A DNA stretch of 64,000 bases from Vampirovibrionaceae bacterium NZW_1234 (GTDB taxonomy: Bacteria > Cyanobacteriota > Vampirovibrionia > Vampirovibrionales > JAGQHJ01). Numbering within the stretch: the first letter of the stretch is position 1; each line of letters begins with the position of its first letter. Shown piece by piece: positions 29,398 to 38,880 of the stretch. Below the pieces are notes generated by a model. The model was not told the origin of the DNA. It did not search any database and saw only the letters and a list, made by a program, of their open reading frames with translations. Location of the stretch: the NCBI GenBank assembly GCA_041697335.1, contig JBGUGD010000035.1, forward strand, positions 32,001 through 96,000, in the 5' to 3' direction. The position numbers were made by a program, and so were the translations under genes.

Positions 29398-29801
29398 ACA
29401 TGAAGACAATAGAGCTGGACGACCAAAACAACCCCTGGTGGGTTGCAAAGGATGTTTGCGCGGTTCTTGGTATCACAAACCCAAGCGACGCTATTAAAAA
29501 TTTTGATAGCTCAGATAAGGCTAGTTTTAATCTAGGCTTACCAGGAAGCCCACCCAACTTCGTCTCTGAGTCTGGTCTCTACAAATTAATTATGCGCTCA
29601 GACAAACCTCAAGCTAGGGTATTCCAAAATTGGGTCACACAAGAAGTTTTACCTAGCATCCGAAAAACCGGAACATACATTGCACCCGTCCAACAACAAT
29701 TCCAATCCCCAGCCAATGTCTACGAAGCCATCATCCAAAGCGTACAACAAATGGCGGCGTTGGATGGTCGGGTTAGTCAGATTGAACCTACCCAGGTGTA
29801 A
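29364..29801 (+). CDS. BRO-N domain protein (phage antirepressor-like), probably truncated
   Basis: PWWVAKDVCAVLG...VSESGLYKLIMRSDKPQA..FQNWVT.EVLPSIRKTG.Y. Confidence 0.8.
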   Translation: MISPKSLFASKDMKTIELDDQNNPWWVAKDVCAVLGITNPSDAIKNFDSSDKASFNLGLPGSPPNFVSESGLYKLIMRSDKPQARVFQNWVTQEVLPSIRKTGTYIAPVQQQFQSPANVYEAIIQSVQQMAALDGRVSQIEPTQV

Positions 29802-29841
29802 ACAAAGACACTAAGATGGTCTTAGTTTCAAATTTTGGTCT

Positions 29842-31104
29842 TTATAAGCTTAACAACTCCCCCCAAGAGGTAGTAAAACGTTGGGACTTATGCGCCTGCT
29901 TCATCTTCCAACGCTTCTCCATCCCTTCAGCGGCATATCGAATGATACCTTGGCCGTGGTCCAGGTTAAGCAAGTCCATGGTATGCATGAGGCTCTTCCA
30001 TTTGGCACGATCAGCTCTATCAAATAGATTTTGTTGAATCTGGGTATCTGGCACCAGCTCCAGCATCATCACCCCAGCCTTGTGGTACCCAAACCCCGGT
30101 CGGTAAATTTGCTCAAGCACCAGGTGCGCGTGGCGAATCAACTCATGGGTGCAGTTAGTGGGTACGGGTAACCTCACTATGGCCGAGTCTGAATGTTGCC
30201 CCTCCCAAGCTCGGAATATGTTGGTCTGGATAAAGACCGATAGACTTTTAGCAGCCAAGCCGTCTTGGCGCATTTTCTCAGCACCGCGTGCCGCATACGT
30301 TGCAATAGCCTCCTTCAGTTCCTTAAATTCGTGTATCTGACGACCAAAGGAGCGAGACGTCATGATGTTTTTCTTGGGTGGCGGCTCTATCTCCAAATCA
30401 GCACAAGGAAGCCCCCGGAGTTCAAATACCGTGCGCATCAACACCACAGCAAAGTTACTCATCAGCCACTTATCATCCACGTGTGCCAAGTCATAGGCTG
30501 TTCTGATACCCTGAATGGCTAGCTTTTTTGTGTATTGCCTCCCTACACCCCAAACATCCTCTACGGGTGTCAGCTTCAAAGCACCGAGAACTAGACTCTG
30601 ATCCGTAAGGTCAAGGACACCTCGCATAAGCGGATGTTTCTTGGCGATATGGTTGGCCACCTTGGCAAGTGTCTTGGTCCTGGCAATCCCAATACACACC
30701 GGGAGCTTGACCCACTGCATAACTGTCTTTCGGATCATCCGTGCATAACGATCCACGTCTGGAATTCCGGACAAGTCCATAAAGGCTTCATCAATGGAAT
30801 ATACCTCGACCGTCGGTGAATATTGGCTCAAAATGGTCATAACTCGGTTAGACAGGTCCCCATACAGTGCGAAGTTAGGGGAGAACACGTGAATCCCGTG
30901 TCGAGGTACCAAGTGCTTAACCTCGTGGTAAGGAGCCCCCATTGTGACCCCCAAGGCTTTAACCTCGTTAGAGCGGGCAATCACACAGCCGTCATTGTTT
31001 GACAAAACCAGAACCGGCTTTCCATTTAGCTTAGGGTTAAACACACGCTCACATGAGGCATAGAAGTTATTGCAGTCTAAAAGCGCAAATACCCGCTCAG
31101 GCAT
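29842..31104 (-). CDS. umuC: Y-family DNA polymerase V subunit UmuC
   Basis: LLDCNNFYASCE, VLSNNDGCVIARS, YSIDEAF, C-terminal W.M......S..FTT.W. Confidence 0.93.
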   Translation of the reverse strand: MPERVFALLDCNNFYASCERVFNPKLNGKPVLVLSNNDGCVIARSNEVKALGVTMGAPYHEVKHLVPRHGIHVFSPNFALYGDLSNRVMTILSQYSPTVEVYSIDEAFMDLSGIPDVDRYARMIRKTVMQWVKLPVCIGIARTKTLAKVANHIAKKHPLMRGVLDLTDQSLVLGALKLTPVEDVWGVGRQYTKKLAIQGIRTAYDLAHVDDKWLMSNFAVVLMRTVFELRGLPCADLEIEPPPKKNIMTSRSFGRQIHEFKELKEAIATYAARGAEKMRQDGLAAKSLSVFIQTNIFRAWEGQHSDSAIVRLPVPTNCTHELIRHAHLVLEQIYRPGFGYHKAGVMMLELVPDTQIQQNLFDRADRAKWKSLMHTMDLLNLDHGQGIIRYAAEGMEKRWKMKQAHKSQRFTTSWGELLSL

Positions 31105-31546
31105 GGCGCTTATGAGTATGAACCGAGTGCGTCACCACTCCCCAGACGGTAAAATCCATACCGTCATGGATCTCCGTCATAGGATAAGCGGGGTTCTCTG
31201 GAGCCAGAATAATGCGGTTCCGGTTCTTGATCAGACGCTTCAGAACAAATTCCCCATCAATAACTGCAACCACGATCATGCCGTCCTTGGGTTCAATGGA
31301 CGTGTCTACAATCAACAAGTCCCCAGGGAAAATGCCTGCACCGGTCATAGAGTCACCACTGGCTCTTACCATAAACGTTGCCACCGGGTGGGACACCAAG
31401 TATTGGTTTAGATCAAGTCGCCGTTCTATGAAGTCATCAGCTGGTGATGGAAACCCAGCTTGAACCGGGGTAATAAACAGCGGGAATTCTTGAATTTTTG
31501 CCAATGCAGCGGCCTGACCTACGATCTGTAGGCTCATGACTAACAC
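31097..31546 (-). CDS. umuD: UmuD (S24 autopeptidase)
   Basis: VQAGFPSPA cleavage site, GDSM (Ser), VLKRL (Lys); overlaps umuC. Confidence 0.93.
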   Translation of the reverse strand: MLVMSLQIVGQAAALAKIQEFPLFITPVQAGFPSPADDFIERRLDLNQYLVSHPVATFMVRASGDSMTGAGIFPGDLLIVDTSIEPKDGMIVVAVIDGEFVLKRLIKNRNRIILAPENPAYPMTEIHDGMDFTVWGVVTHSVHTHKRHA

Positions 31547-31584
31547 CTTCCTTCCTGGAGATAACTTTCACCGAAGTCATGACC

Positions 31585-31614
31585 ATACTAGAAAATAATT
31601 TCGATATTTGTCAA
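31585..31614 (-). promoter_or_regulatory. Sigma70-type promoter of umuD with internal palindrome (possible LexA box)
   Basis: TTGACA-18nt-TAGTAT, with GAAA-N4-TTTC inside the spacer. Confidence 0.5.
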
Positions 31615-31636
31615 TACTCGACTTTGGTTAAGAGTT

Positions 31637-32052
31637 CTAACGCTTTTCAGGTCCCACCACCATTGGCTCACGCTCATGAATTGGCTTAAACCACTCCGTT
31701 GCTGGTTTTGTCACCACATAAACAAAGGCTTTTTCACGTTTTTCAATCTTTTTTCAATCTTTACCCCTAAAAGGAATTGGTTTGGCTACATATTAAACCA
31801 ATGCGATTCCCGCGCTGGATCCTTTTCTATCCAGCTTACAGCCGGTATCCTGACACGGCTAGAGTTATACTTGTCCCATTTATGCTCAACCAAGCTCTCT
31901 AGACGTGCCCAACCTGTCTGAGGAACGTCAAATTTATCATCCTCTCCATTACGTCTTCCCCATTGAACCATTCTTATCCCGCCTTCAGACAGAATAGGAA
32001 TCTGGGTATGAGGGACTGGAAAGTAAACCTTCTTAGGCTTGGTTTCTCCCAT
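31637..32052 (-). pseudogene. SOS-response-associated peptidase (SRAP)-like pseudogene
   Basis: WGRR...WARLES...EKD...HWF, then TAG at 31786, a tandem duplication (TTTTCAATCTT x2, ~31740-31761), then VYVVT...IHEREP; upstream of umuDC. Confidence 0.55.
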
Positions 32053-32232
32053 CTTAAGGTCTTTCTGGTTGGAAGGGAGTCCGCTAAACACAGTAGTCAT
32101 TCCCTTTGTACTACCAATACGCAGTTTTACTGCATAGCCATCACATTTTACCAAGGGTAAGCTTTTCATCAAGCCATTAGATAAATTGCCTCCTTGGAGC
32201 TGCAAGGGCCTTACATCTGATGTTCTAACAGG

Positions 32233-33297
32233 TTACTCAATGACGAGGAAATCATCTTCATTGTTGTCTTGGGTTGTCATGGGATGACTGAACATACCTT
32301 CTCGAATGAAACCTGTTTCAAGGTTCTCAACCTCGACAAAATAAGCTTCTTCCCAAATATCTTCTCGTTCAATTTCTCCAACTCTAACACTCAGCCGATG
32401 GATCCCATATCGTGTAACCATATCGGGAGATTCAAGTTCCCACTTTATATAAGCCTCTATGTCTTTTATGGCAACATATTTCAAATTTTTTCTATTAAAT
32501 TGTAATGATAAACGAGGGTTAGTACTCACATTGCCCGAATATATATCAAAAACATGAGTGCCAAATATTGGCGCCTGTGGAACAAGTGCTTCCACAACCT
32601 TGATCCCGGGAATAATGCTTTTTTCATCAATCTTAAAGCCTTCACCAACTTGGCGTCCTTGCATTGGAATAATCTTAGTATCAAACCAAATAGTCCTAAT
32701 TAAAGTATTAGCAGGCTTTGAGGACTTGTTTTTTAGGCAAGCTACCAGGTCAAACGTTAAATTATCGTACATCGGGTCTTCTGTTTCACAAAACTCAAGC
32801 CACAAATCGGGCCCTGCCTGACGGTTCATCACATCCCGTATCTCAAATTCTTCCATAGGAACAGATTCAAAGTTAAATCGCTTATAAAACTTTTTATCTG
32901 AGGCTTGGTGCGGAGCATTGGTACTTTGAGGTATTTCCACAACGTATGCGAACTTTCCCGGAGAGGTTGAGGTGAGTTCAACAGGATGAATGACAATCCC
33001 ACTGATTCTCCTCTGAATACGAGAATTGATTACTTGCTCCAACCATTCCTTGGATATCTCGGATGGGTTGAATCCTTCATCTAACTTTTCAGGCAGGTGT
33101 TTAGTCTCTCCGGTGCCTTCAACCATACCGTAGATGATTGTGCCACCAGCAGAGTTAGCGAAGGCTGAAACGTCTTTACTTAGCTCGTTCTTCTTTCCGT
33201 CAGTAGTTGCCAAGCTATTACAGGCTTTGTAGTCTAAGGTTAAACTCTCTTCAACCTTGTTATCTATAAGGGAGATTAAGCGTTCTTCTGTCCACAT
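32233..33297 (-). CDS. Schlafen/AlbA_2 domain protein with unknown C-terminal domain
   Basis: ESLTLDYK...KDVSAFANSAGGTIIYG..E...PHQA....FYKR. Confidence 0.85.
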   Translation of the reverse strand: MWTEERLISLIDNKVEESLTLDYKACNSLATTDGKKNELSKDVSAFANSAGGTIIYGMVEGTGETKHLPEKLDEGFNPSEISKEWLEQVINSRIQRRISGIVIHPVELTSTSPGKFAYVVEIPQSTNAPHQASDKKFYKRFNFESVPMEEFEIRDVMNRQAGPDLWLEFCETEDPMYDNLTFDLVACLKNKSSKPANTLIRTIWFDTKIIPMQGRQVGEGFKIDEKSIIPGIKVVEALVPQAPIFGTHVFDIYSGNVSTNPRLSLQFNRKNLKYVAIKDIEAYIKWELESPDMVTRYGIHRLSVRVGEIEREDIWEEAYFVEVENLETGFIREGMFSHPMTTQDNNEDDFLVIE

Positions 33298-33372
33298 ATC
33301 TAATTCCTGCTTATGTTCCTAGCTAAGCTACTTTGTAAACAATGGGATTAATAGATCGGACTTGATGTGGGC

Positions 33373-34047
33373 TTAGAATTGAATGTAATTGGTTTCATCT
33401 ACAAATATCTGGTAAGCTTCAATATCTTTTTTCCGCTCTGGAGTTAGCCATCCTCTTTTATCCCAAAATTCTCTGATTCGTCTTGGTGATGGTGGTGACA
33501 TAATTCCACCAACCCTCAAGGCTTCCCATTCTTTCATAGCCTCTTTAGCTTCAGGAGTAGGGTTTGGTCCTCCGAATTCAGAAGGTACTTTACTACCACC
33601 AAGGGCTTTGTAAGCCATATCAAATGCAACATAAGGGTACCAATATTCATTAAGCATAGATTTGATTTCATCAGAACTGATGCCCATTGAGTGACACACT
33701 CTTATTAACCGGTCTTTCTTTGCAGATTTCTCTTCTGGACTTGCACCTGCGAAACGATTACCACCTTGTATAAGACCTAAGATAATTGGTATAAGGGTTG
33801 ACGCCATTTCCTTCTGAAGTTCTTTGATGTTTGACTCAGCAGTTATCGCTATTCTTCTTAACTTAACCCCTTGACTCCCCAGCGTAAGTGTTTCAAAAGT
33901 ATGTAGGTTAGCGAATAGTAATGAAGCGCCACAAAGACCCGCCATAATAGCCATTGGCTTCCATCGGTCCAGATAACCAAAATGAATGGCTATCAAAAAA
34001 CTAGCTATTGCAACAATAAAGTAGATGAGGTTCCTTTGTTTTTCCAT
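33373..34047 (-). CDS. Hypothetical membrane protein (two N-terminal TM helices)
   Basis: Hydrophobic N-terminal pair; abuts the upstream gene. Confidence 0.6.
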   Translation of the reverse strand: MEKQRNLIYFIVAIASFLIAIHFGYLDRWKPMAIMAGLCGASLLFANLHTFETLTLGSQGVKLRRIAITAESNIKELQKEMASTLIPIILGLIQGGNRFAGASPEEKSAKKDRLIRVCHSMGISSDEIKSMLNEYWYPYVAFDMAYKALGGSKVPSEFGGPNPTPEAKEAMKEWEALRVGGIMSPPSPRRIREFWDKRGWLTPERKKDIEAYQIFVDETNYIQF

Positions 34048-34335
34048 CTATTTACTCACTCTCTGCCGATATTCCTTAACCATCTCCGGCGTAACGTCCT
34101 CGGGATAACACAAAGGAGCATACCCACCAGCACGATTGTAAGCGCTTCTTCTACCGCAAGCGTGACCTCTTCTGTCTGTATTATAAGGACAAGGACAATT
34201 CCCTGGATACTCAGCGATTGATTCCTGAATGAGCTTCTGTTTAATGGCGGCGTCTGAAAATTGTTTTGCTTCCGTGACAGGAACAGCAGCGAATGTCACC
34301 ATAACTAAGGCCACAATTGCTAACTTGTGATTCAT
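34048..34335 (-). CDS. Small exported Cys-rich protein
   Basis: Signal peptide plus YPGNCPCPY..D..G..CG.RSAY...GG..PLCY. Confidence 0.7.
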   Translation of the reverse strand: MNHKLAIVALVMVTFAAVPVTEAKQFSDAAIKQKLIQESIAEYPGNCPCPYNTDRRGHACGRRSAYNRAGGYAPLCYPEDVTPEMVKEYRQRVSK

Positions 34336-34367
34336 CTTCCGTCCATCTTAGTGTTCAACTCAGCCGA

Positions 34368-34402
34368 CATGATACCACCAAAGTCGCTTGTTGCTTCAAA
34401 AG
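34368..34402 (-). repeat. 35-bp direct repeat / promoter cassette (copy 2)
   Basis: CATGATACCACCAAAGTCGCTTGTTGCTTCAAAAG. Confidence 0.8.
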
Positions 34403-34446
34403 GCAATTTCAAAAGCTGCCATGTTTTTATTTAAACAGCGAAGAAA

Positions 34447-34779
34447 TTGACTTGGATGATGGAGAGAGGAGAGGCAATTATGAGTAATTTTTACAGCATT
34501 GGTACTATGGCGTCACCGTCAGCGACATCTTCACCTATAACAATAGGTTCAGGCCGAGAAATAGCCTCATTTAACGGTACTGTTGAAGATATTATGTTTG
34601 AATACCTTCATAAGCTTTGTGGCGACAAAGAACTAAATGTTGAGAATCTAATTAAGCAGAACGGCAACAGCATTAACACAAGTGCCTTACAGGTGCCGAG
34701 TTATTTCAGCATTAGCGCGCTAGCGGCAAGCAGCGGAAACAGCGGCATCCCCATGAATCAACTAGACAACTTGGTCTAA
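34447..34779 (+). CDS. Hypothetical protein
   Basis: Strong purine RBS before MSNFY. Confidence 0.45.
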   Translation: MTWMMERGEAIMSNFYSIGTMASPSATSSPITIGSGREIASFNGTVEDIMFEYLHKLCGDKELNVENLIKQNGNSINTSALQVPSYFSISALAASSGNSGIPMNQLDNLV

Positions 34780-34815
34780 TAGAATTTATTTTCGAGTTTT
34801 GCTTTAATAGGTTTC

Positions 34816-35067
34816 ATGAATCTGAACCCGCAAAAATACAGAATAGCCTTGTCTGAAGACCTAGGCGTTCCTTCTGCTGCCATTGATTATTGGGAATATC
34901 AGGAGGAGACGGAAGCTAAGAAGGTCTTCAGGCGTATGGATGTGCCTTCAGGATATCAGCTTACCTTATGGAAGCTTGAACCAATGGAACAGATGGTCAT
35001 GGGTTTCGTACATCCTCCCTATTGGCGTAAGATCGACACAAGAATCGGTTTCTCGGAGTTCCCATGA
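34816..35067 (+). CDS. Hypothetical protein
   Basis: ATGA overlap with the nuclease gene. Confidence 0.45.
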   Translation: MNLNPQKYRIALSEDLGVPSAAIDYWEYQEETEAKKVFRRMDVPSGYQLTLWKLEPMEQMVMGFVHPPYWRKIDTRIGFSEFP

Positions 35068-35549
35068 AGTTTATCCTGTCGATTGTTCTAACAGCCCTTC
35101 TCACTGGTTCAGCCTTCGCTGATAAAGTCTGCAAGGTTTCGGATGGCGATACCTTCAATTTATGCCCTAAGAAACGGGTAAGATTGGCTTGCATTGACGC
35201 GCCAGAAGTCAGGCACAACAAGAAACAATCAGGACAACCAATGGGTTTCGAGTCCAGAGAGTTCCTAAAGGAAACTACAATGGGCAAGGACGTAAAGGTT
35301 CGCTGCGTTGCTCAATCCTACGATCGCCGTGTATGTTTTGCAGAGGTCAATGGCCGTGATTTAAGCGAAATGATGGTACTGGAAGGATTGGCCTTTGTGT
35401 CCCCTACAAAATGGGCCTACTGTAAAGGCGAATACGGTTTGAAGCTTACCAAATATCAGGAATACGCTAAAGCCAAGAAAGTAGGCATTTGGCGGCTTCC
35501 TAATGGGGGTGTTAGGCCGTGGGAGTATAGACACACTAACAGCCACTAA
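35064..35549 (+). CDS. Exported thermonuclease (SNase family)
   Basis: Signal peptide, VSDGDT, VRL.CIDAPE, Y.R, A.....GIW......PWEYR. Confidence 0.85.
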   Translation: MKFILSIVLTALLTGSAFADKVCKVSDGDTFNLCPKKRVRLACIDAPEVRHNKKQSGQPMGFESREFLKETTMGKDVKVRCVAQSYDRRVCFAEVNGRDLSEMMVLEGLAFVSPTKWAYCKGEYGLKLTKYQEYAKAKKVGIWRLPNGGVRPWEYRHTNSH

Positions 35550-36358
35550 GTACTAACAGCTTCATCCAGCTTATACATGAGTAAACTGGCTAAAAATAAA
35601 TAGTGCATGGCTCTTTCAGGACTGATTAGAAGATTGTCATGGGCGTTCGGATTACGGATCCCTCTCATCACCCCGGCAAAGATTTGCGTATAGCCTTCTT
35701 GGACGTTCTTGCCAGACTCGGTTCCTAAATCATCTAGGACAATCACAGGGTTCTTAATGCTGAAGGCATTAAACATAAGATCCGAGCCATCCCTCTCTTC
35801 GCCCCTGCACTTTAGAAAACTCTCTTTAACTCGCTTGTTAACCTCTTTTAGAGCCGATTCTACCGCATCAGCATAATGACCATCCTCAAATTTAATCTGA
35901 GAGGTTAACTGAATCCGCTTGTGTATTAAAGCCCACATTGGCTCAAAGGCGTTCTTAGAGCTATTGGAGGCTAGGTTGTCGCTGTCTGAAAAATCTATCT
36001 TTGCTTCCTCCAGATTTTCAATTAAGCCCTGAAGGAAGGTGATAGCGTTAGGTAAGTCACCTTCAAAGTCTCGCTGGTATTCGGCATCTGAGCCACCAGC
36101 ATAACTAATATAGGTTATGCGGTAATGCTGGTTACGCAGATATTCAGGGGAGGTAGGACCAAAAATTTCAAGAATGTCTCTGTTAATTCGCTGCTCCACA
36201 TTGTCCACTTGTTGGTCATTGTGCCAAACGTGATCTATTTGTAATTGTTTGACTTCCTCTAGACGTCGTTGTAGCTTTGCGATGCCTCTGTCGATTTCAG
36301 CAAGCGAGTCGAATTTCTTAATTTCTGGCTGTGGTGGTGTGGATTTCTTGGTCGCCAT
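35546..36358 (-). CDS. TIGR02391-family (HEPN-like) protein
   Basis: F.DGHY.DAV..A.K.V..RVK...DG..LM...F...N.Q.G....F.G...GIRNPNAH. Confidence 0.8.
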   Translation of the reverse strand: MATKKSTPPQPEIKKFDSLAEIDRGIAKLQRRLEEVKQLQIDHVWHNDQQVDNVEQRINRDILEIFGPTSPEYLRNQHYRITYISYAGGSDAEYQRDFEGDLPNAITFLQGLIENLEEAKIDFSDSDNLASNSSKNAFEPMWALIHKRIQLTSQIKFEDGHYADAVESALKEVNKRVKESFLKCRGEERDGSDLMFNAFSIKNPVIVLDDLGTESGKNVQEGYTQIFAGVMRGIRNPNAHDNLLISPERAMHYLFLASLLMYKLDEAVST

Positions 36359-36530
36359 CCTGTGATCCCTCTTCCCTAACGTAACTATACAGAAGAGTAT
36401 AGGATAAACGGGGATAAACATGTCTGTCTTAAGGAAAATTTAAGGCGGTTGTTGGTCACCAATTCACTGTCATACAACTGCCATCGCTGTCGTGTAAGTT
36501 GGATACTGTAGAAAATGTGAGGGCAACACA

Positions 36531-36761
36531 ATGGCCAACGGTATGGATAGACATACGATCACCCGTCGTCAGTTTGAGGAAGACAAGCAAGAGCTTATTA
36601 GAAGGGCTAACGCAACCATGTTTGACAGTGAACCGGTCATTATACCGGGAACTGAAGTGAGGATCGAAAGCCGACTGGTTAAACAGGACGAAGAGCTTGA
36701 TAAGACACTTATTTTAGCTCTGCAAGCCTTCCATAAGAAGCCTGTTGAAATCGTGGATTAA
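36531..36761 (+). CDS. Small hypothetical protein
   Basis: RBS GAGGG; convergent on the integrase. Confidence 0.45.
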   Translation: MANGMDRHTITRRQFEEDKQELIRRANATMFDSEPVIIPGTEVRIESRLVKQDEELDKTLILALQAFHKKPVEIVD

Positions 36762-38023
36762 TCCCAACCCTTCATCATCTCTACAACCTCGTCTTCCGTC
36801 GTCCGGCAGTACTTCATCGTTGTCTTGATGTCCGAATGACCTGCTGCAATTTGAAGCATATTCAATGGCTTACCCTTATTGGCGTTGTGGGTGATGAATG
36901 CCCTTCGAAGTACGTGAGGAGTAACTTCAACACCCGCACGTTTACCGAGCTTTCCCAATACTGACCTTAAGCCGTGTCTGTCAGTCTTCTCCCCATATCT
37001 GCTTAAGAAGACGTTTTCACGAAGCCCGTGTTCTTGAATACAGAAGTCTCTATACTGTCTAAGAGCCTTTGCGACTTTCTCACCAAAACCCACTTTCCGT
37101 CGTTTACCACCCTTCCCACAACGAACAACAAGATAACCTTCTTCTAGATTCACATCGTCCCATTGTAGGTTACAGAATTCGCTTGCCCTCAACCCGGTTG
37201 CTGCTAAGAACAGAACTGTTGTGTACTGTCGAATGGTTTGACAATGAGCCAATAAAGCATCTAATTCAACTTCATTAATTGATGTGCGTTTAGGCGGTTT
37301 ATGACGTTTGGGTTGGAGCGGTTTTATCTCGTTGAGGAAGTACGGATTTAAGGCCTTTTCGTTGATCAGGTACTTAGCGAAACATACAACCGCCTTGTAC
37401 AGTTTATCTCGCTTGCCATATTGTTCAACAGGTATGGACAACAACTCTTTCTTAAGGCTGGTAAGGCTTAGCTCCTTGTGCTTTTTAAGGAACTTATCAA
37501 TATAAAAGCTGTAATACTTGACTGTAAATGGACTAAATGGTTTACCACCAATTAACCCGTGTTCCATTGATCGTCTCCATGGCTCAACAGACCTTATCAA
37601 CTCGCCATAGGAGGCACAAGAAGAAATTTTGGCAGAGTCATTTTCTCCCTGATGGCCCATTAACTTGTTGAAGCGTTCAAACAGCTTCCCGGCTAAATCA
37701 TCTAGCTGGTCGTTTGTGTCCCCTCTACGCTTCTTTTTAGTGCTTAAATGACGCTCAAGCGATTCAACGTCAATTAAATACCTGGTTTTAGTTCCATACG
37801 GTTCAGTAAACGCTTGTACCTTACCTTGTTCGCACCACAAAGTTAGCGTACTTGGAGCAATATTGTAGGTTTTAGAGACTTTTTGAAGCGGTAGGTAACT
37901 TTCCGATCTGGGAAGTTCCTGTGAAGTTGTTAAAAGGTCTGAAGAATGGTGGGCGGTACAAGATTCGAACTTGTGACCCCTTCCGTGTGAAGGAAGTGCT
38001 CTACCACTGAGCCAACCGCCCAT
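36758..38023 (-). CDS. Tyrosine integrase with N-terminal excisionase-like HTH; start unresolved (frame runs through the tRNA)
   Basis: TGLRASE, KGGK, HVLRR, GHS..TT..Y; HTH-like YLPLQKVSKTYNIAPSTLTLWCEQGK; adjacent to the att/tRNA. Confidence 0.88.
   Translation of the reverse strand: MGGWLSGRALPSHGRGHKFESCTAHHSSDLLTTSQELPRSESYLPLQKVSKTYNIAPSTLTLWCEQGKVQAFTEPYGTKTRYLIDVESLERHLSTKKKRRGDTNDQLDDLAGKLFERFNKLMGHQGENDSAKISSCASYGELIRSVEPWRRSMEHGLIGGKPFSPFTVKYYSFYIDKFLKKHKELSLTSLKKELLSIPVEQYGKRDKLYKAVVCFAKYLINEKALNPYFLNEIKPLQPKRHKPPKRTSINEVELDALLAHCQTIRQYTTVLFLAATGLRASEFCNLQWDDVNLEEGYLVVRCGKGGKRRKVGFGEKVAKALRQYRDFCIQEHGLRENVFLSRYGEKTDRHGLRSVLGKLGKRAGVEVTPHVLRRAFITHNANKGKPLNMLQIAAGHSDIKTTMKYCRTTEDEVVEMMKGWD
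37947..38021 (-). tRNA. tRNA-Val(CAC)
   Basis: GGGCGGT acceptor stem, TGGCTCAGTGGTAGAGC D arm, CTTCC-TT-CAC-AC-GGAAG anticodon arm, GTTCGAAT T loop, encoded CCA. Confidence 0.96.
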
Positions 38024-38880
38024 ATTCGCTTGGGTTAGACAGCATAGCAGAAACCAGGGGTAAGCTGCAAGGCATGACTCTCACCCCCTCATGCAGACTT
38101 GCATCGGCCAAAGGTTCTCGTCTTGGGTTTGATGTGGCAGATTGACCACAGAAAGGCGGCAAAGACAAAATAAAAAGCAAGGGTATCCTCCCTTGTGGGG
38201 AAAACACCCTTGTTCGCTTCTTCTCGCTCCTGATATGACTTTAATGTACTAGGCTATGTTGTTGAGAGAGTCAGGGATAGAAAATCTAGCGTCGCATTTG
38301 TACAATGAGCGCACCTTGGCGTTGCCCAATCACCCCCAAGTATCTTAATGAGGTGATATTCGCATTGATGTTAAATGCTTTTGAGCAACATCGAGGGTTA
38401 GAAACAGAAAACACCTCGACCAGATGGGACCCCGTTCGGATCAGATCTGTTCTGTTACCGCATGCACCCTTGCACTTTGTTTCATACTTTTTATTCCTCA
38501 ACCTATATTTCGTAACCAGCGAGACCCTTATTCACAGATTCCATTAAACCATTTGTATTAATATAAAAACAAGAACTATGAATTTAATGTTAGGGTTAAT
38601 ATTTTTTTAAGAATGTCTCCCAGTATACATTTCCCCCCTCTCAGCCTGCCCCTGTTCCACTGTGTAACATTCGGATAACGTGTCTCAATTCCCCTTCATT
38701 CGGGCGTTCATGGAACGTCACCCTTGCGGTTTCATGGAATCCTCATTGCCCACCTGGGCGATGTCATGTATACTGGCTAAGTCAATAGGCCGAAGCGTGC
38801 TTTACCACGCGGCTTACAGCCCCCAGGGGTACCGTTCCAAGTCCTAAGTAGTTTTGAGAACAGAGAGAGTGAGTTGTCCG

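Larger units (their letters stand above)
1372..37994. mobile_element. tRNA-Val(CAC)-integrated genomic island / composite integrative element (~36.6 kb)
   Basis: Identical 50-bp direct repeat of the tRNA 3' part at 1372-1421 and 37945-37994, an integrase adjacent to the intact tRNA, and phage and defence-type cargo inside. Confidence 0.8.

Noticed and set aside
29330..29557. N-terminal extension of the 28553-29557 ORF
   Set aside because: It overlaps the BRO-N gene on the other strand; the conserved motif and leader point to a start at 29329.
1696..37994. Intact prophage
   Set aside because: No portal, capsid, tail, lysis or replication genes are recognisable between the att sites.
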